Positions 1 through 11,198 of a DNA stretch of 64,000 bases are shown here, piece after piece; positions within the stretch are counted from its first letter, which is position 1; the number at the start of each line of letters is the position of its first letter. The position numbers were made by a program, and so were the translations under genes. The stretch is from Felis catus. Taxonomy: Eukaryota. The notes under the pieces were generated by a model that was not told where the DNA came from, did not search any database, and saw only the letters and a program-made list of their open reading frames with translations. The DNA is taken from positions 118,298,001-118,362,000 of the forward strand of contig NC_058373.1 in the NCBI RefSeq assembly GCF_018350175.1. Direction: 5' to 3'.

Positions 1-169
1 GAGGGGAAGGATGTTCTTGATCAAGCCTCAGAGGTGAGTACTGGAGAGATGATGTCAGGATGGGAAGGGGCCTGCACGCAGGAGGGAGGCAGGGAGCCTC
101 CGTAGGCTTTTTAGCAGTTCTTGGTGCAGGCCTGCCTTGATCAGGTCGGGCCTCTGCTTATCCTTTCGC

Positions 170-1320
170 GCTTCTGTCTTCAATTTTGCTTCTCCTTGAT
201 CTTACCAGCAGCAAACATGCTCAGGAGTCCCCGCTTTCAAAGCATAACATAAAAGATACCCTCCTCTGACCCTGTATTTCCCTGCAGACCCTGGCCTCAT
301 CTGGAGTCTCCCCCTCACAGTATGGCTGTTCATACTGGGGGTCTCCACCTGTTCACCCCCTACTCACAGCTCAGTCCTTGCACAGGGGCTCACATCCACC
401 CACCACTCCAGGATACTGACCTGTTCCTAAACGTTCTGGACGTTATCTCAGTCCCCACATGACCTGAGAGGTGTTCTTCTGCTGACCATTTGCACCTCCT
501 GACATGCTCCCTCCTCTTGGCTCCAGGAAACTACTGTCTTCTGATGTTCTTCCTTCTCTGGCTGCTGCTTCTGTTTTCCTGGCTGGTTTACCTTTTCACA
601 CCAATGTCTCAGAGGCGGATGCACCTCAGGGTCTGTCCTTGGTCCTTGGCTTGTCTAACTTCACCTTGGGCAACCTTGTTGACACGTGGTTTCCAGGGCC
701 ACCCAGGGCTGATAGACTATCTGGGTCCAGACCTCAAATCCAATGCCTCTTTGTATCTCATGGGCACCCAGAATGCCAAGTGGTGGAAAAGAGCACTCAC
801 CGTTGACCCGTCCTCCCCGCCCTGGATCTCCCCATGGTGGAGGGGCACCGCCATTACCCAGCAACCCTGAGTAACCACTGTGGTCCTTCATTTCTCCTCC
901 CTTACCTTGCACATCCTCCCCTTACCCATGTGTGCACTTCTGTAGGAGCCACTTTCCTGGTCTCTGCTTTCAGGCTTGTCCTAGGCCCAGTCATCCAAGG
1001 GCAGATACTCTGTCAGTCCTGCTTAGTTCACACTCTTCCATTCCCCCAGGGTCCAGTCCAAACTCCCATTGAGGCCTTGTCCACTTCCCTCCCTGCTCTG
1101 ACCATGGCCTCTGCCTTCCAGCTCCCGAGTCCCTTTGTTCTCCCATTGGCTGGCCAGCTGCTCCTCCTCATTCTCAAGTCGGGTCTCAGCTCTGTCTTCC
1201 TCAGGGAGGGTGCCCCTAAACACCTACCCCAGTACCCTCAAGGCAGGGAGTGCTTACGTCGCTTGCCCAGCACAGGGCCCAGCACCACATAGCTGCTGGA
1301 AAGACTGTTGTTGATAAAAA
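170..1320 (+). mobile_element. Degraded L2 remnant in PAPLN intron
   Basis: Pyrimidine-rich L2-like motifs, ending 'cccagcacagggcccagcaccacatag...tgttgttgataaa'. Confidence 0.5.
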
Positions 1321-1602
1321 GTGAGAGTGGGGCTTCCCTTGTGGATAAGAGGCAAATTCATGGTAACTTAGACCAGTGTGCTCAGTTGGGGTGAGTTCCC
1401 TCTACTTTTGAGTTATTTTGCTCCGATAGTGTTCTTTTTGGCACCTGGCCCATCTCTTTCTTGAAGTGAGGGTCCTCTGTCCACAGTGATTACCTCCTCC
1501 CTTTGTCTCTGGGCTCTGGGGCGCTGGGAGTGGCAGCATGGCCTCCTAGGGCCTCAAGACCAGAGGCCGTGGACGGCTCTCCCAGTGTCCTGTCCCCTTC
1601 AG

Positions 1603-1769
1603 GAATGGGCTGCCGGTGCGGGCCGACGGGCATCGAGTCTACCAGTCCCCAGATGGCACACTGCTGATCCACAACCTGCAGCCCAGAGACGAGGGCTCCT
1701 ACACGTGCAGTGCCTACCGTGGAAGCCAGGCAGTCAGCCGCAGCACGGAGGTGAAGGTGGGCCCGCCGG
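1603..1769 (+). CDS. PAPLN: Papilin, penultimate coding exon (last Ig-like C2/I-set domain)
   Basis: Acceptor ccccttcAG ends at 1602 and donor GTAAGA starts at 1770. Translates NGLPVRADGHRVYQSPDGTLLIHNLQPRDEGSYTCSAYRGSQAVSRSTEVKVGPP, with the Ig DEGxYTC motif. Ends in phase 1, compatible with the next exon. Confidence 0.93.
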
Positions 1770-4072
1770 GTAAGAGGCCCACCCCAGGGACTCACTTGTT
1801 CCCAAAAGCCGGCTTTGTGCTGCACAGGTCTGAGTGACTCTAGTCTGAGTCCTGGCTCACTCTGCCGGTTCCTGGTAGTGTCACCTGTGGCAAGGGGCTC
1901 TCCTGAGCCTCCCTCTTCTCACATATACAGAGGGCTATTCCACCACCTGAGAGGGCTGTGGCGAGGTGAGGGAAATAATGCAGATGATGGGCATCTGGTA
2001 ATAGCTTAATAGATGACGTTAAATATCATTTAGACTTACTGATCTTGAGAAGTAGGATATGTAATACTTAAGGCAGACCATTAAGTCTGTCCATTCTAAT
2101 TAGGATGGCAAAAAGTGGTCCTATGATTGAGAAGTGCCTTCATGGCCCTTTGACCATATAACTCAGAAAGGGAAGGGCAAGTATTAGTATCGTCATCTTA
2201 CAAATGAGACAGATATCCAGAGACCTTACGTGATGTCTCCACAAGTCACACGGCAAATTAGTGGCCCAGTTGGGACTACAACCTAGTCCTCATATTTAAT
2301 TTTCTTTTCCCTGAAGTATCACACCTGTTACTGGGCAGTTTGATATTTTAGTTTTATATCCTCTAGCTCTTGTTCTGAGTTACATTTCAATAAACCTAAG
2401 CACCATATCGCAAAACAATTAGTGGTATGAAACTAAGAAAAACATGCTGTTAAAGACAGTGCTAAGAGACCATCAATTCAGATGCAGTCTAATTTGAGAG
2501 GTGTTAATTTGGAGATGCACTTATTTTCACACTTTGAGAAGATGGATTCATAAGAGCCCTATATTCAAATAAGCCAGAGGGAAGGGGGCAGAGGAGGCTC
2601 TGCCCTGTGCCCAGCCTGTCCTTCCACGTGTCCTTGGTCTGGGTTCATGGATTGCCTGGACAGCAGGGCAGTGCCCCAGGCCGAGCCACCAGTTCTCAGG
2701 AGGCCTCCAGCAGGCTTGGGGGAAAGGTGCCAGGGCCTTTCCTGTCCGCTTGGACGTTCACAGCAATCAGGGCTGCAGCACTGCACCAGGAGTGTTGTTT
2801 TAGCAAGGGCTGTCAGGCCTGGCTGCTGCCTGTCTGCTACGCCGAAGGCGGGAACTGGCCAGTGCTAGAGGATGAAGGTCTGCAGTAGAAATGCTGCTTA
2901 GTGGATCAGACTGACATGTAGGCTTCCAGTTTGTGAGCTCCTTAGGACAGCCACTGGGATTCGAGTCCTTAGGCCCCCAGGTCAGTGCCTGGCATCACTA
3001 GGTGCTCAGGCTTGGTGACTGAGTGCATGTGTGCATGAAGGCATTACGTTGGCAAAAACACTGTGCTGCAGGGGCCGCTTCTCATCTCTACTGTGCCCAG
3101 CATACTGATCTCTTGTCTACATACCAACCAAACTTAACAAGACTCTAGATAAACCAGAATGCAGATTTATGTGAGAAAAAGAGCTGTCAGAGGAGCCAGG
3201 TGTTCATGTTTGTGATTAATTGTAGATCTGTCTACAGGAGAAGCCGAATTATAATCAGAACCTTGTTCGAGGGCAAAGTCTGGTGGGGCTCCTGCTGATG
3301 TGTGGTTGTAAGCCGAAATGGTCTGGCATGATGGGCCTCCCGGACAGGACAGGAGCCGTCGGAGTCAGGCTCCTGCCCTCTGCTGGAAGAGTGTTGCTAA
3401 TCTTAGATATTTTGTGGGCACCTTTCATGCTTAGAAGCGGTCTCTCCTGTCTTTGTATTCATTCTGATTAGGCTGCAGACTTCTGCTCTCACCTGTTTAT
3501 GCTTTTTGTAGGGTCTCACTGCTTGAGGCTGCCTCATGCCTTACTCTGCCCTATTCATGGTCTGGTGGCATACTGCAATTAATGTTAGCATCAGAGTAGG
3601 GGGTCTTGACCTAGTCTTGCTCTGGTGTAAGGGACATACTTCTTTTGAGGACCTCTCAACCTTCTTGCCTAAGAGACTTGCCTAAAACACTGTAAGGATA
3701 GAACATAGGGCATCACTCACTTTTTTGAATGAGAGGGAATGAGGCTATGGAACAAAACACAGGTAAGCACTCAAATTTTAGCCACAGTTACTGTGTGCCC
3801 AAGGTGCTATTATCATCTCCATTTCAGATGAGGAAACACAGGCAGAGAGCTTAAGTAACTTGCCCAAAGTCACCCAGCTGGGGAATAGGAGAGCCAGGAT
3901 TGTGCTCAGGCCTTCTGGCTCCAGAGCTGGTGTGCTTAACCATCGTGTGGGACCCCAAACCTCTGGGCCCTGTGATAGGCCCCCGGGCTGCAACTGCTCA
4001 GAGAAAGTTGATGCCAGAGTGACAGATTTCTTAATATGTACGAATGGCTTGCTATTTATGTAAATGTAGGTA

Positions 4073-4340
4073 CAGTTGATGCTTGAGCAACACAGGGATT
4101 GGCGTGCCAATACTCTCTGCAAAAATCTGGGTATAACTTTGACTCTCCAAAAATTTTACTAGTAGCCTGTTGATCAAAGCCTTACTGATAACACATATTG
4201 TATATGTATTATATAGTGTATTCTTACAACAAAGAGAAATTGTTGAGAAAATCAAAGGAAATACAGTACTGTATACAGTATTCATTAAAAAAAAGTGTGG
4301 ACCCATGCAGTTCAAACCCAAGTTGTTCAAGGGTCATCTG
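4073..4340. mobile_element. Tigger2-like non-autonomous DNA transposon
   Basis: TIRs CAGTTGATGCTTGAGCAACA and GTTGTTCAAGGGTCATCTG, flanked by TA on both sides. Confidence 0.85.
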
Positions 4341-4599
4341 TAGTTTGTATTCTTATTATACTGATATACCAAAAGTCATTCACTACTCAGATACAGTCTG
4401 TTAGTTGTATTTTTGGGAGGAAGCAAGGGGAGAGAGAGATTAAGCCTATGAGGTCTGACTTTAGGGAAGGTGTCACTCTGGCTTAAGCCAAAAGCCCCTT
4501 CCAGAAGGGAAAGGGGAAGTTAACTAGGTAAGGCCACTTCAGTCCTATAAGGAAGAAGCAGAATGAAACACAGGGGTTGTTTTTTCAATAGTCCTGTTT

Positions 4600-4693
4600 A
4601 TTTTTAAAGTAGTCTCCATGCCTAAAGTGGGGCTGGAACTCATGACCCCAAGATAGGTAGTTGCATGCTGTACCAACTGAGCCAGCCAGGCGC

Positions 4694-4728
<35 letters not shown>

Positions 4729-4811
4729 TCTCTATGTCCAACGTGGGCTCGAACTCCTGACCCAGCTATTAAGAGTCACATGCTCTACTGACTGAGCCAG
4801 CCAGGTGCCCT
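4600..4811 (-). mobile_element. Two tandem short Can-SINEs separated by a poly-T tail
   Basis: Two 'actgagccagccagg' heads and a T run at about 4695-4725. Confidence 0.8.
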
Positions 4812-5454
4812 TCTCACAAGGATTTTTAAGATACAGAAGCCCCTGGCACATTAGGCGGGGGGTTGGGGGGGTGGCAACCAGCATTTTTGTGCTCAGTGCA
4901 GTATTAGAGCCATAGTTCACAAGGCTGTTCTAATCACTTTGCCTAATACTTGCTCTCTCTGGGGGGCGGGGGAGTGTGGGAAAATTGGGAAGATGGGGAA
5001 TGAAGCAACTGAGACGCACTGGGGCTACTGAAGGCACAACACATTAAATCAGCAATGAGAGGACAGCTCTTGCCAACTCAGAATTTTACTTAGGTTGATC
5101 CTACTCCCTTCCCAGTCCAGGGGCTAAGGCAGCTGTCATTCAGCTCTTCAGGTCACAATTGCAAGGGTAGGAGTTAGCTTCAGGAGATGTTTAATCATCC
5201 GGTCAGTCACTATTTGGGAGTCTGCATTGGGCTGAGGTTGCAGGACAACCGGAGGACCACTGCATGCCTAAATGAGGCCCATGGCGGGGGGTGGGGAGGC
5301 ACTGTAGACACACGTGTTAAAAGGTTCCAGAATAACTGTACTTTTTGGGAATCTGGCAGATCTAGTGTTGCTTTCCTTTAAGGCAAAGAAAGAATAGGTG
5401 GGACTTTTCAGCGTACACAGCTTCCTTAACCACTTTCTCTCCCTTATTTTACAG

Positions 5455-5630
5455 CACTGGCAGCCCAGTCCAGGGACCTCAGCAGGGAGTGTATGGATCA
5501 GCCTGAGCTGGCCAACTGTGATTTGATCCTGCAGGCCCAGCTCTGTGGCAACGAGTATTACTCCAGCTTCTGCTGTGCTAGCTGTTCCCGCTTCCAGCCT
5601 CACGCTCGGCCTGTCTGGCAGCAGGGATGA
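5455..5630 (+). CDS. PAPLN: Papilin, terminal coding exon (PLAC domain)
   Basis: Pyrimidine tract plus acAG (5453-5454). Reads (A)LAAQSRDLSRECMDQPELANCDLILQAQLCGNEYYSSFCCASCSRFQPHARPVWQQG, TGA at 5628-5630. Six-Cys PLAC pattern typical of the papilin C-terminus. Absent from the ORF track. Confidence 0.95.
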
Positions 5631-7020
5631 GGGCTAGCTCCAGCCCCAGTCCTGAAGCAAGTCTCGGGCTGCTGTCTCTGGCTGGCAAAGGGAGCGATCT
5701 TCTAGAGAATGGGCTCTTTCAGCCCCCGACCCCCTGACCCCCCCAGCCCCCCCCCCACCCCCACCCCACAGTGCTGTGCCTCAGCAGCAGACAGCACCTG
5801 CCTCGCTTCCGACACTACAGGCAGCGGTCAAGAGGAGTCTGCTTGGATAAGGACACCCTTTACTTTACGGCTTCCTTCTATAATTTCTGTTATACAGGAT
5901 CAATTCACTGGGTTCTAAAGCAAGCTACCAGGGTTCTCACTTCATTTAAAGCTAACTCTTGCTGTGTCAGGCAAGTTTCTTTGCTAGAACTCCATCTCAT
6001 CTAGTGTCAAACAGTGGTCCATTACTCTAGTCAACCTCCCCCTTCCAGGTAGTGTAGCAACCAGCTTCAACTCGCATCTGTACATACAGTTAATGGCATG
6101 TTTGTGAAGCTCTTGCCAAAGTGGAACACGACACGTAAGGCTCAGTACAGGGATGTGGGATGAAGGAGCGGCAGCTGCGTTATTGTGTGAGCGTGACAGG
6201 ATGGGGCCGGGGTCGGGGGGAGCTCCTTACTTTCATCAGAAGCTGGTGCCTGAAGCCCTTCTCCTGAGGCTGACCTGCAGAGCCTGGTGGTGAGGATTGC
6301 CTCACACCTGCATCAAGCTGACAGACCTGTTCTGTACAGTGACCAACTGGGAGCCTCTCTTCCCCAAGCAGGAATCTGTGAAGCAAAATGTTTGCTTCCA
6401 GATAAAAATCAGACTATTAAAAACAGGCAGCAGCAGGATAGGGGACCAATGGAGGAGAAGGCAATGTATTAACAATGAAGGGATTTCAGTTGGAAGAAAT
6501 CCTTCTCCATCCCTCAGAACCTCCGGTTCCTTGCTGCTAAACAAGAGGCCTGGATTCAATGAGCTTCCAGGTCCCTTTCCACTTTAACCTTCTACCCATC
6601 CTCCAGTAGACTGGCTGGGCTAAGCCAAGGCTAAGCGACAGGTTATTCTGGGTCACAGGAAAGACAGGCATTATAGGGAAAACTGACTTTTATTACCAAC
6701 GCACTGGCTGGAAAAGAGACAAACTGCATCATGGGTGAGTGATACTTCTTCGTCTACCTCTCATTCAGCACAGGAAACATGGGTTAGGGGCAGAGGTAGT
6801 TTTTTCTTTCCATTTAAAAAAAAAATAGGAGCATCCCCTTTCATTTATCATGGCTGGTTTTGCTATACAAATTGGAAACTAAGGGCTATTTTCCTGGACT
6901 CCCCAATTCCTTATTTGCCAATTGGCAATGTAATTTAGAAGGTAAGTCAGGTTAGCTAGCTTTTCTTAGAACTAGTCACAAAAGAGCGGGCCAAGGTTAG
7001 GGAAACAATAAAAATCTAGA

Positions 7021-7288
7021 CAAGTGGTTCTCAACCCTCTTCCATACTGGAAGCTTTTTCTTTAAAAAACAAAACAAAACAAAACAAAAAAACACCCTGA
7101 GCAGCACCTGGGTGGCTCAGTCAGGTTAAGTATCTGACTTTGGCTCAGGTCATGATTTCACAGTTTGTGAGTTTGAGCCCTTCATCAGGCTCTGTGCTGA
7201 CAACTCAGAGCCTGGAGCCTGGTTCAGATTCTGTGTTTCCCTCTCTCTCTGCCCCTCGCCCACTTGCACTCTCTCTCTCAAAAATAAG

Positions 7289-7345
<57 letters not shown>

Positions 7346-7590
7346 CCTGAATGTGGGTCCCCACCTGCTCCCCGACATGAGAATTTTAAAAGCTTCCCAG
7401 GTGGTTCTAATACATATCCAACGCTGAGACTCACTGCTTCAGTCAGGGCCTTCTCAGAATGTGAATCTTGTTCCAGTGTAGATTCTGATTACTAGGTCGG
7501 GGGCGGGGTCAGGGGTGGGGCTGAGATTCTGTATCTCCACTCCTAGGTGAAGTCCATGCTCTTGTTCCAGACCACACTTTGAGCAGTAAG
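7021..7590. mobile_element. MER5-like fragments with a nested Can-SINE (about 7102-7340) whose tail expanded into a (TA)n microsatellite
   Basis: agtggttctcaacc, aagcttcccaggtggttctaat and gaccacactttgag motifs, a SINE body, and a (TA) run at about 7292-7340. Confidence 0.7.
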
Positions 7591-7699
7591 GATCTGACAT
7601 CAGAGATATGCTTAGGATGAACCAAAGCCTAAAGTATAAATACAAAAGTGAATTTTAAGAGTAGACTAGTCCTGCTGATGGGCACAATAGATAAAGGGG

Positions 7700-7909
7700 A
7701 CTAAGAGATACAATCTTCCGGTTGTAAGTCACAGAGATGAAAGGTATAGCAGAGAGAATGTAGTCAACAATACTGTAATAACATGTGTGGTGACAGATGG
7801 TGACCACACTTATTGTGAGCACTGTGTAATGTATACAATTATCAGATCAATATGTTGTACACCTGAAGTTAACATTGTATGCAAATTATACTTCAATAAA
7901 AAAAAAAAA
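7700..7909 (+). mobile_element. L1 3'-terminal fragment
   Basis: ggtgacagatggtga...tgttgtacacctgaag...cttcAATAAA followed by an A tail. Confidence 0.8.
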
Positions 7910-8050
7910 GTCCCAATAAAAGATTTTCTAGACATCAAACTGGAGTTCAGCAGAATGGAGCAAGAACAGACCAAAAAACTAAAACACATTTACTAATAAA
8001 GAAAAGGGGAAAGACCAGCCCTTCAGGGGCAAAAGCTTCTACCACGAACA

Positions 8051-8056
8051 TTTATT
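8051..8056 (-). terminator. NUMB distal polyadenylation signal AATAAA
   Basis: Plus-strand tttatt at the end of the AU-rich UTR, followed on the minus strand by U/GU-rich sequence. Confidence 0.8.
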
Positions 8057-8537
8057 TTTGTTAAAGCAGATTATAAATTCTCATCAGTACAAATATATAT
8101 AACTTACATTTGATTGTAAGGCCAACGTTCAAAAGTAAAAATGAGATGGGATCTCACGTCGTTACCAGAGGTCAAGTGGCTACAACTGGCAACGGGATGC
8201 TCTCGCCACAAGTGGGGGGACCGGCTCACACACAGCTATTAAACCAGAATCTCCATCCCCACAAAGCTGGTGGGGACAAAATCTAAAGGACAAAACAAAA
8301 CCCGAGACCCACATGACAAATCAACACAGTAACCTGTGCTCCCGTCCATGGATATGATTAAGTCATTGTCACCTTAGTGTTAAAACAAAAGTAGAGGATT
8401 AACATAAGGAAACTGCAGCAGTATATAAAAGAAAATACGTATTCTCTGTAGAAGGTATTCAGACTGATTCCATTAAAATTACATTAGGACTTCATCACAG
8501 GTTTAAAACCAGGACAATACTGCTCTTTCATTTTCGT

Positions 8538-8552
8538 TAAAACTACCACCTA
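8538..8552 (-). promoter_or_regulatory. Musashi-binding-element-like motif in NUMB 3'UTR
   Basis: Minus strand reads UAGGUGGUAGUUUUA, containing GUAGU and resembling the reported mouse Numb Musashi element (recalled as UAGGUAGUAGUUUUA). Confidence 0.6.
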
Positions 8553-8690
8553 GGGACTGTATTGGTCATACGCATGATTGTTGCTGCAAGGTGCTACTTA
8601 CAACGAATGATACCAAGTAATAGGGATCCCATCTGCAACTCCCAACCTCTCCTCTCTCCACATCAATAGGCATCACTGATAAATCAATCT

Positions 8691-8771
8691 TATGTACAAT
8701 TTCTTACAGCTAACCCTTTTACCTTTGGCAAGATTACTTACAACTCATACAACTTTTTAATATTGAGAACT
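8691..8771 (-). promoter_or_regulatory. Cluster of 3'UTR repressive sites: Pumilio element, miR-31 8mer, miR-146 8mer
   Basis: Minus strand TGTACATA (8698-8691), TCTTGCCA (8733-8726) and AGTTCTCA (8771-8764). miR-146a and miR-31 are reported NUMB regulators. Confidence 0.65.
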
Positions 8772-9391
8772 ATTTAAAATATTCTAAATGCATAAAAATA
8801 AAGATTTTGGCTTTTGATATATATTTATAATATTTATTCTTACTCAAAGTGGAAGCTCAACTTTACCCCTAAAATATAGCTCTGTTGGGCAGCTGCTGTG
8901 CCCTCCTGGGAATTCTGGCAGCACGGCCTGCCTCTCGTCCCCAGCCCAAGCACAGGCCACCATGTTCTTGATCTCTAAGACAGGCCAGTGAGAGGCGGCA
9001 GGTGAATGGCCTGAAAAATGAAGGGTGATTGTTTTGCTTCCCGTTGTGTTTTATATTCCAGTAAATGTGCTTTGAATACAGATTCCTGTTCAGATACTCT
9101 GCCTCTCTGCTGCCAGAGATTTTTAAGGGGCTGAGGGAGTAGGAGGGGGACAGAGGGCAACATTTCCTTGACTTCTTTAGCCCAACTGCAAGACAACTCT
9201 TCTCTAGGAATGTTTCTTCCATTTTTTTCAAAATCACCTCTCCTAGCACTCTGTGCCTGGACATGCTCCTTAAGACCTTTGGGATTAGTGAAAAGTATAC
9301 TGACTGGGAACACAAAGTTCCCTTTGCTTCTTTGACCTCTGCCCCTGTCCTTGCCTAAGTATGGGCAAAATACATAAGCCATAGAGACTAC

Positions 9392-10107
9392 TTAAAGTTC
9401 AATTTCAAATGTTTTCTGTAAGTCACTGGAGAAAGGGTTGGTGGGAGAGGGGTTAGTACGCTGCTTGGACTTGCTTTCTAATGCAGCCCACTGGGCTTCG
9501 AAGGGATCCACCGGGCAGGCCCCTGCAGGAACCTCTGTGTGCTTATCTCCCGAGGCTAACCTGCCATCGTCCACACCATTGAAAGCCGCAGAACCGTTGA
9601 GGTGCTGAGCAGGAGGCTTAAAGAAGGGACTGGCAGTAGCACTGCTTGTCTCATACTGAGGGAATGTCTGCTGCTTGACCAGGCTGGGAGACTGATGGGA
9701 GTGGGCAGCCTGAGGGTGGCCTGCAGTGCCAAACACGTTGGCTACCATCTGGGAGGGAGTGATGCCCACCACAGGCACATTAGGGGCTGGATAGGGCATC
9801 CCATTGGCCACAGGATAGGACTGGGCAGGGACAAAGGCTGGTGGCAGGGGTGGGACCACACCCACTGGTACGGGCTGAGAGGTGAGGAATGCATTCCCTT
9901 GGAAAGATGGCGCTGACTGGGTGATGGCAGTGGGTGGAGGAGGCTGGAGAACTGGCTGCAGAGAGGCAGCTGAGGCCTGGGGCTGCTGCGCCCGGACACT
10001 CTTGGACACCTCTTCTAACCAGCGGTCAGCCTCAGAGGGAGTGCGTCTGTGACCAGCCTGGAAGAGACCTGGAGATGCAGCACCAGAAGATTGACTCCAC
10101 TCGGTCC
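9392..10107 (-). CDS. NUMB: Protein numb homolog, last coding exon (C-terminal proline-rich region with DPF and NPF motifs)
   Basis: Acceptor AG at 10109-10108. Reads (G)TEWSQSSG...HRRTPSEADRWLEEVSK...VDPFEAQWAALE...TNPFSSDLQKTFEIEL*, stop at 9394-9392. Confidence 0.98.
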
Positions 10108-11009
10108 CTGAAACCAATGAGATCAAGAGAGACAAAAGAATCAGAATCGTTAGGGGCTTCTTTCCTTACCTGATAACCTTGGTTACCTGAATGATCCTAA
10201 CATGTGGAACAAATGCCCCTAATGGGACACTTTGTAGTTCTAGCAGGTGTGAGAAAAGTCTCTATTACCAGCTGAGGAGGTTTTGCTTTAGGACAAAGGA
10301 AACCTGTCAGACCATGCTGCTATCGCAGCCACACTGAGGAGCTGTCTAGATAGGGCTCAGACTCCATGGAACTAAGGCAGCTGGCTGGCATCTGAAACCC
10401 CTTCCTATTGCTGTGGCTCCTCCGTGCTACAGAAATTGGCCTGCACATGCTCTAAAGAGCCCAAGGTGATTCACCTTTTGCTCTAACAGAATAAAAAGAA
10501 AATAACCAGGGACATGGTGCTGTACTTTGTGGCCCCTGTCTTGCTTCGAGAGATATGTTATCTTTCAGGTGAACTGCCTTTATTACTATTAAAATTTGTT
10601 TTGATTTTATAGTTAACAAATGTTCATTACAGAAAAACTAGAAAGTAAAGCAAAGCAAAAAACAAAGCTTTTTCTGTAGGCCTGCCATTGTAAGAGGCAA
10701 GGTTCCCACCCTTGTTACGGGCATATCCATTTATCTCCAAATCCAGTGGTCAGCTCAGGGTTGGGCCCAGGAATCTGTATTTTGTGAAAGTTCTAAGGGG
10801 TAGTTGTGTTCTGTAGCCCTAGAAACTATCAGTCTAATCTCCTGAGTTCCTCTCCTTCACCATCCTTTCCTAATAGTTTATTTCCAGGAGGGAACACACT
10901 TTTCCTGAAAGGATTCCTCCCCGGTTCCCACTTGGGTAAATGGCTGATTTCTGAATCGGCGTCACTTATCTGATCCCAGAATCCTCACCACCACCCATGG
11001 CCACCTTAC

Positions 11010-11156
11010 CCGAATGTGTGGCTGCAATTCCCTTGTTAGCAGCATCAGGGGCATGGGCCCAAGGGTTGGTTTCACGCACAGGCATTGCTACGGGTGCTAG
11101 AGCAGTATGGGCTGGCTTAGCAGCAAGCACATGGAAGGCTGAGTCAGTGCCATTAG
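11010..11156 (-). CDS. NUMB: NUMB alternative PRR-insert exon (147 nt, 49 aa)
   Basis: ttgtAG|CTAATG acceptor and TCGG|GTAAGG donor. Reads ANGTDSAFHVLAAKPAHTALAPVAMPVRETNPWAHAPDAANKGIAATHS. Symmetric phase 1-1, so it can be skipped in frame. Confidence 0.96.
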
Positions 11157-11158
11157 CT

Positions 11159-11198
11159 ACAATGGGAGCAGACAACATCGATGGAGTTAATTCATGCA
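11159..11198 (-). promoter_or_regulatory. Splicing regulatory region upstream of the PRR exon (RBFOX TGCATG, QKI/branchpoint-like ATTAAC, weak pyrimidine tract)
   Basis: Minus strand cTGCATGaATTAACtccatcgatgttgtctgctcccattgtAG. RBFOX3, QKI and RBM10 are established repressors of this exon. Confidence 0.75.

Larger units (their letters stand above)
5631..7940 (+). other. PAPLN: PAPLN 3'UTR (3' end uncertain)
   Basis: Follows the stop codon. Candidate AATAAA signals at 7007-7012, 7895-7900 (L1-derived), 7915-7920 and 7995-8000. Confidence 0.55.
8032..9391 (-). other. NUMB: NUMB 3'UTR
   Basis: Lies downstream of the TAA and has no recognisable repeats. Distal AATAAA at 8056-8051 and proximal AATAAA at 8838-8833 (minus strand). 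The cleavage site is approximate. Confidence 0.85.

Noticed and set aside
490..1292. Several 80-150 aa ORFs in the PAPLN intron
   Set aside because: No recognisable domain, they overlap on both strands, and they lie in degraded L2-like GC-rich sequence. These are chance ORFs.
8869..9916. ORFs in the NUMB 3'UTR and antisense to the last exon
   Set aside because: They have weak or non-ATG starts and no homology, and are expected shadows of GC-rich coding or UTR sequence.
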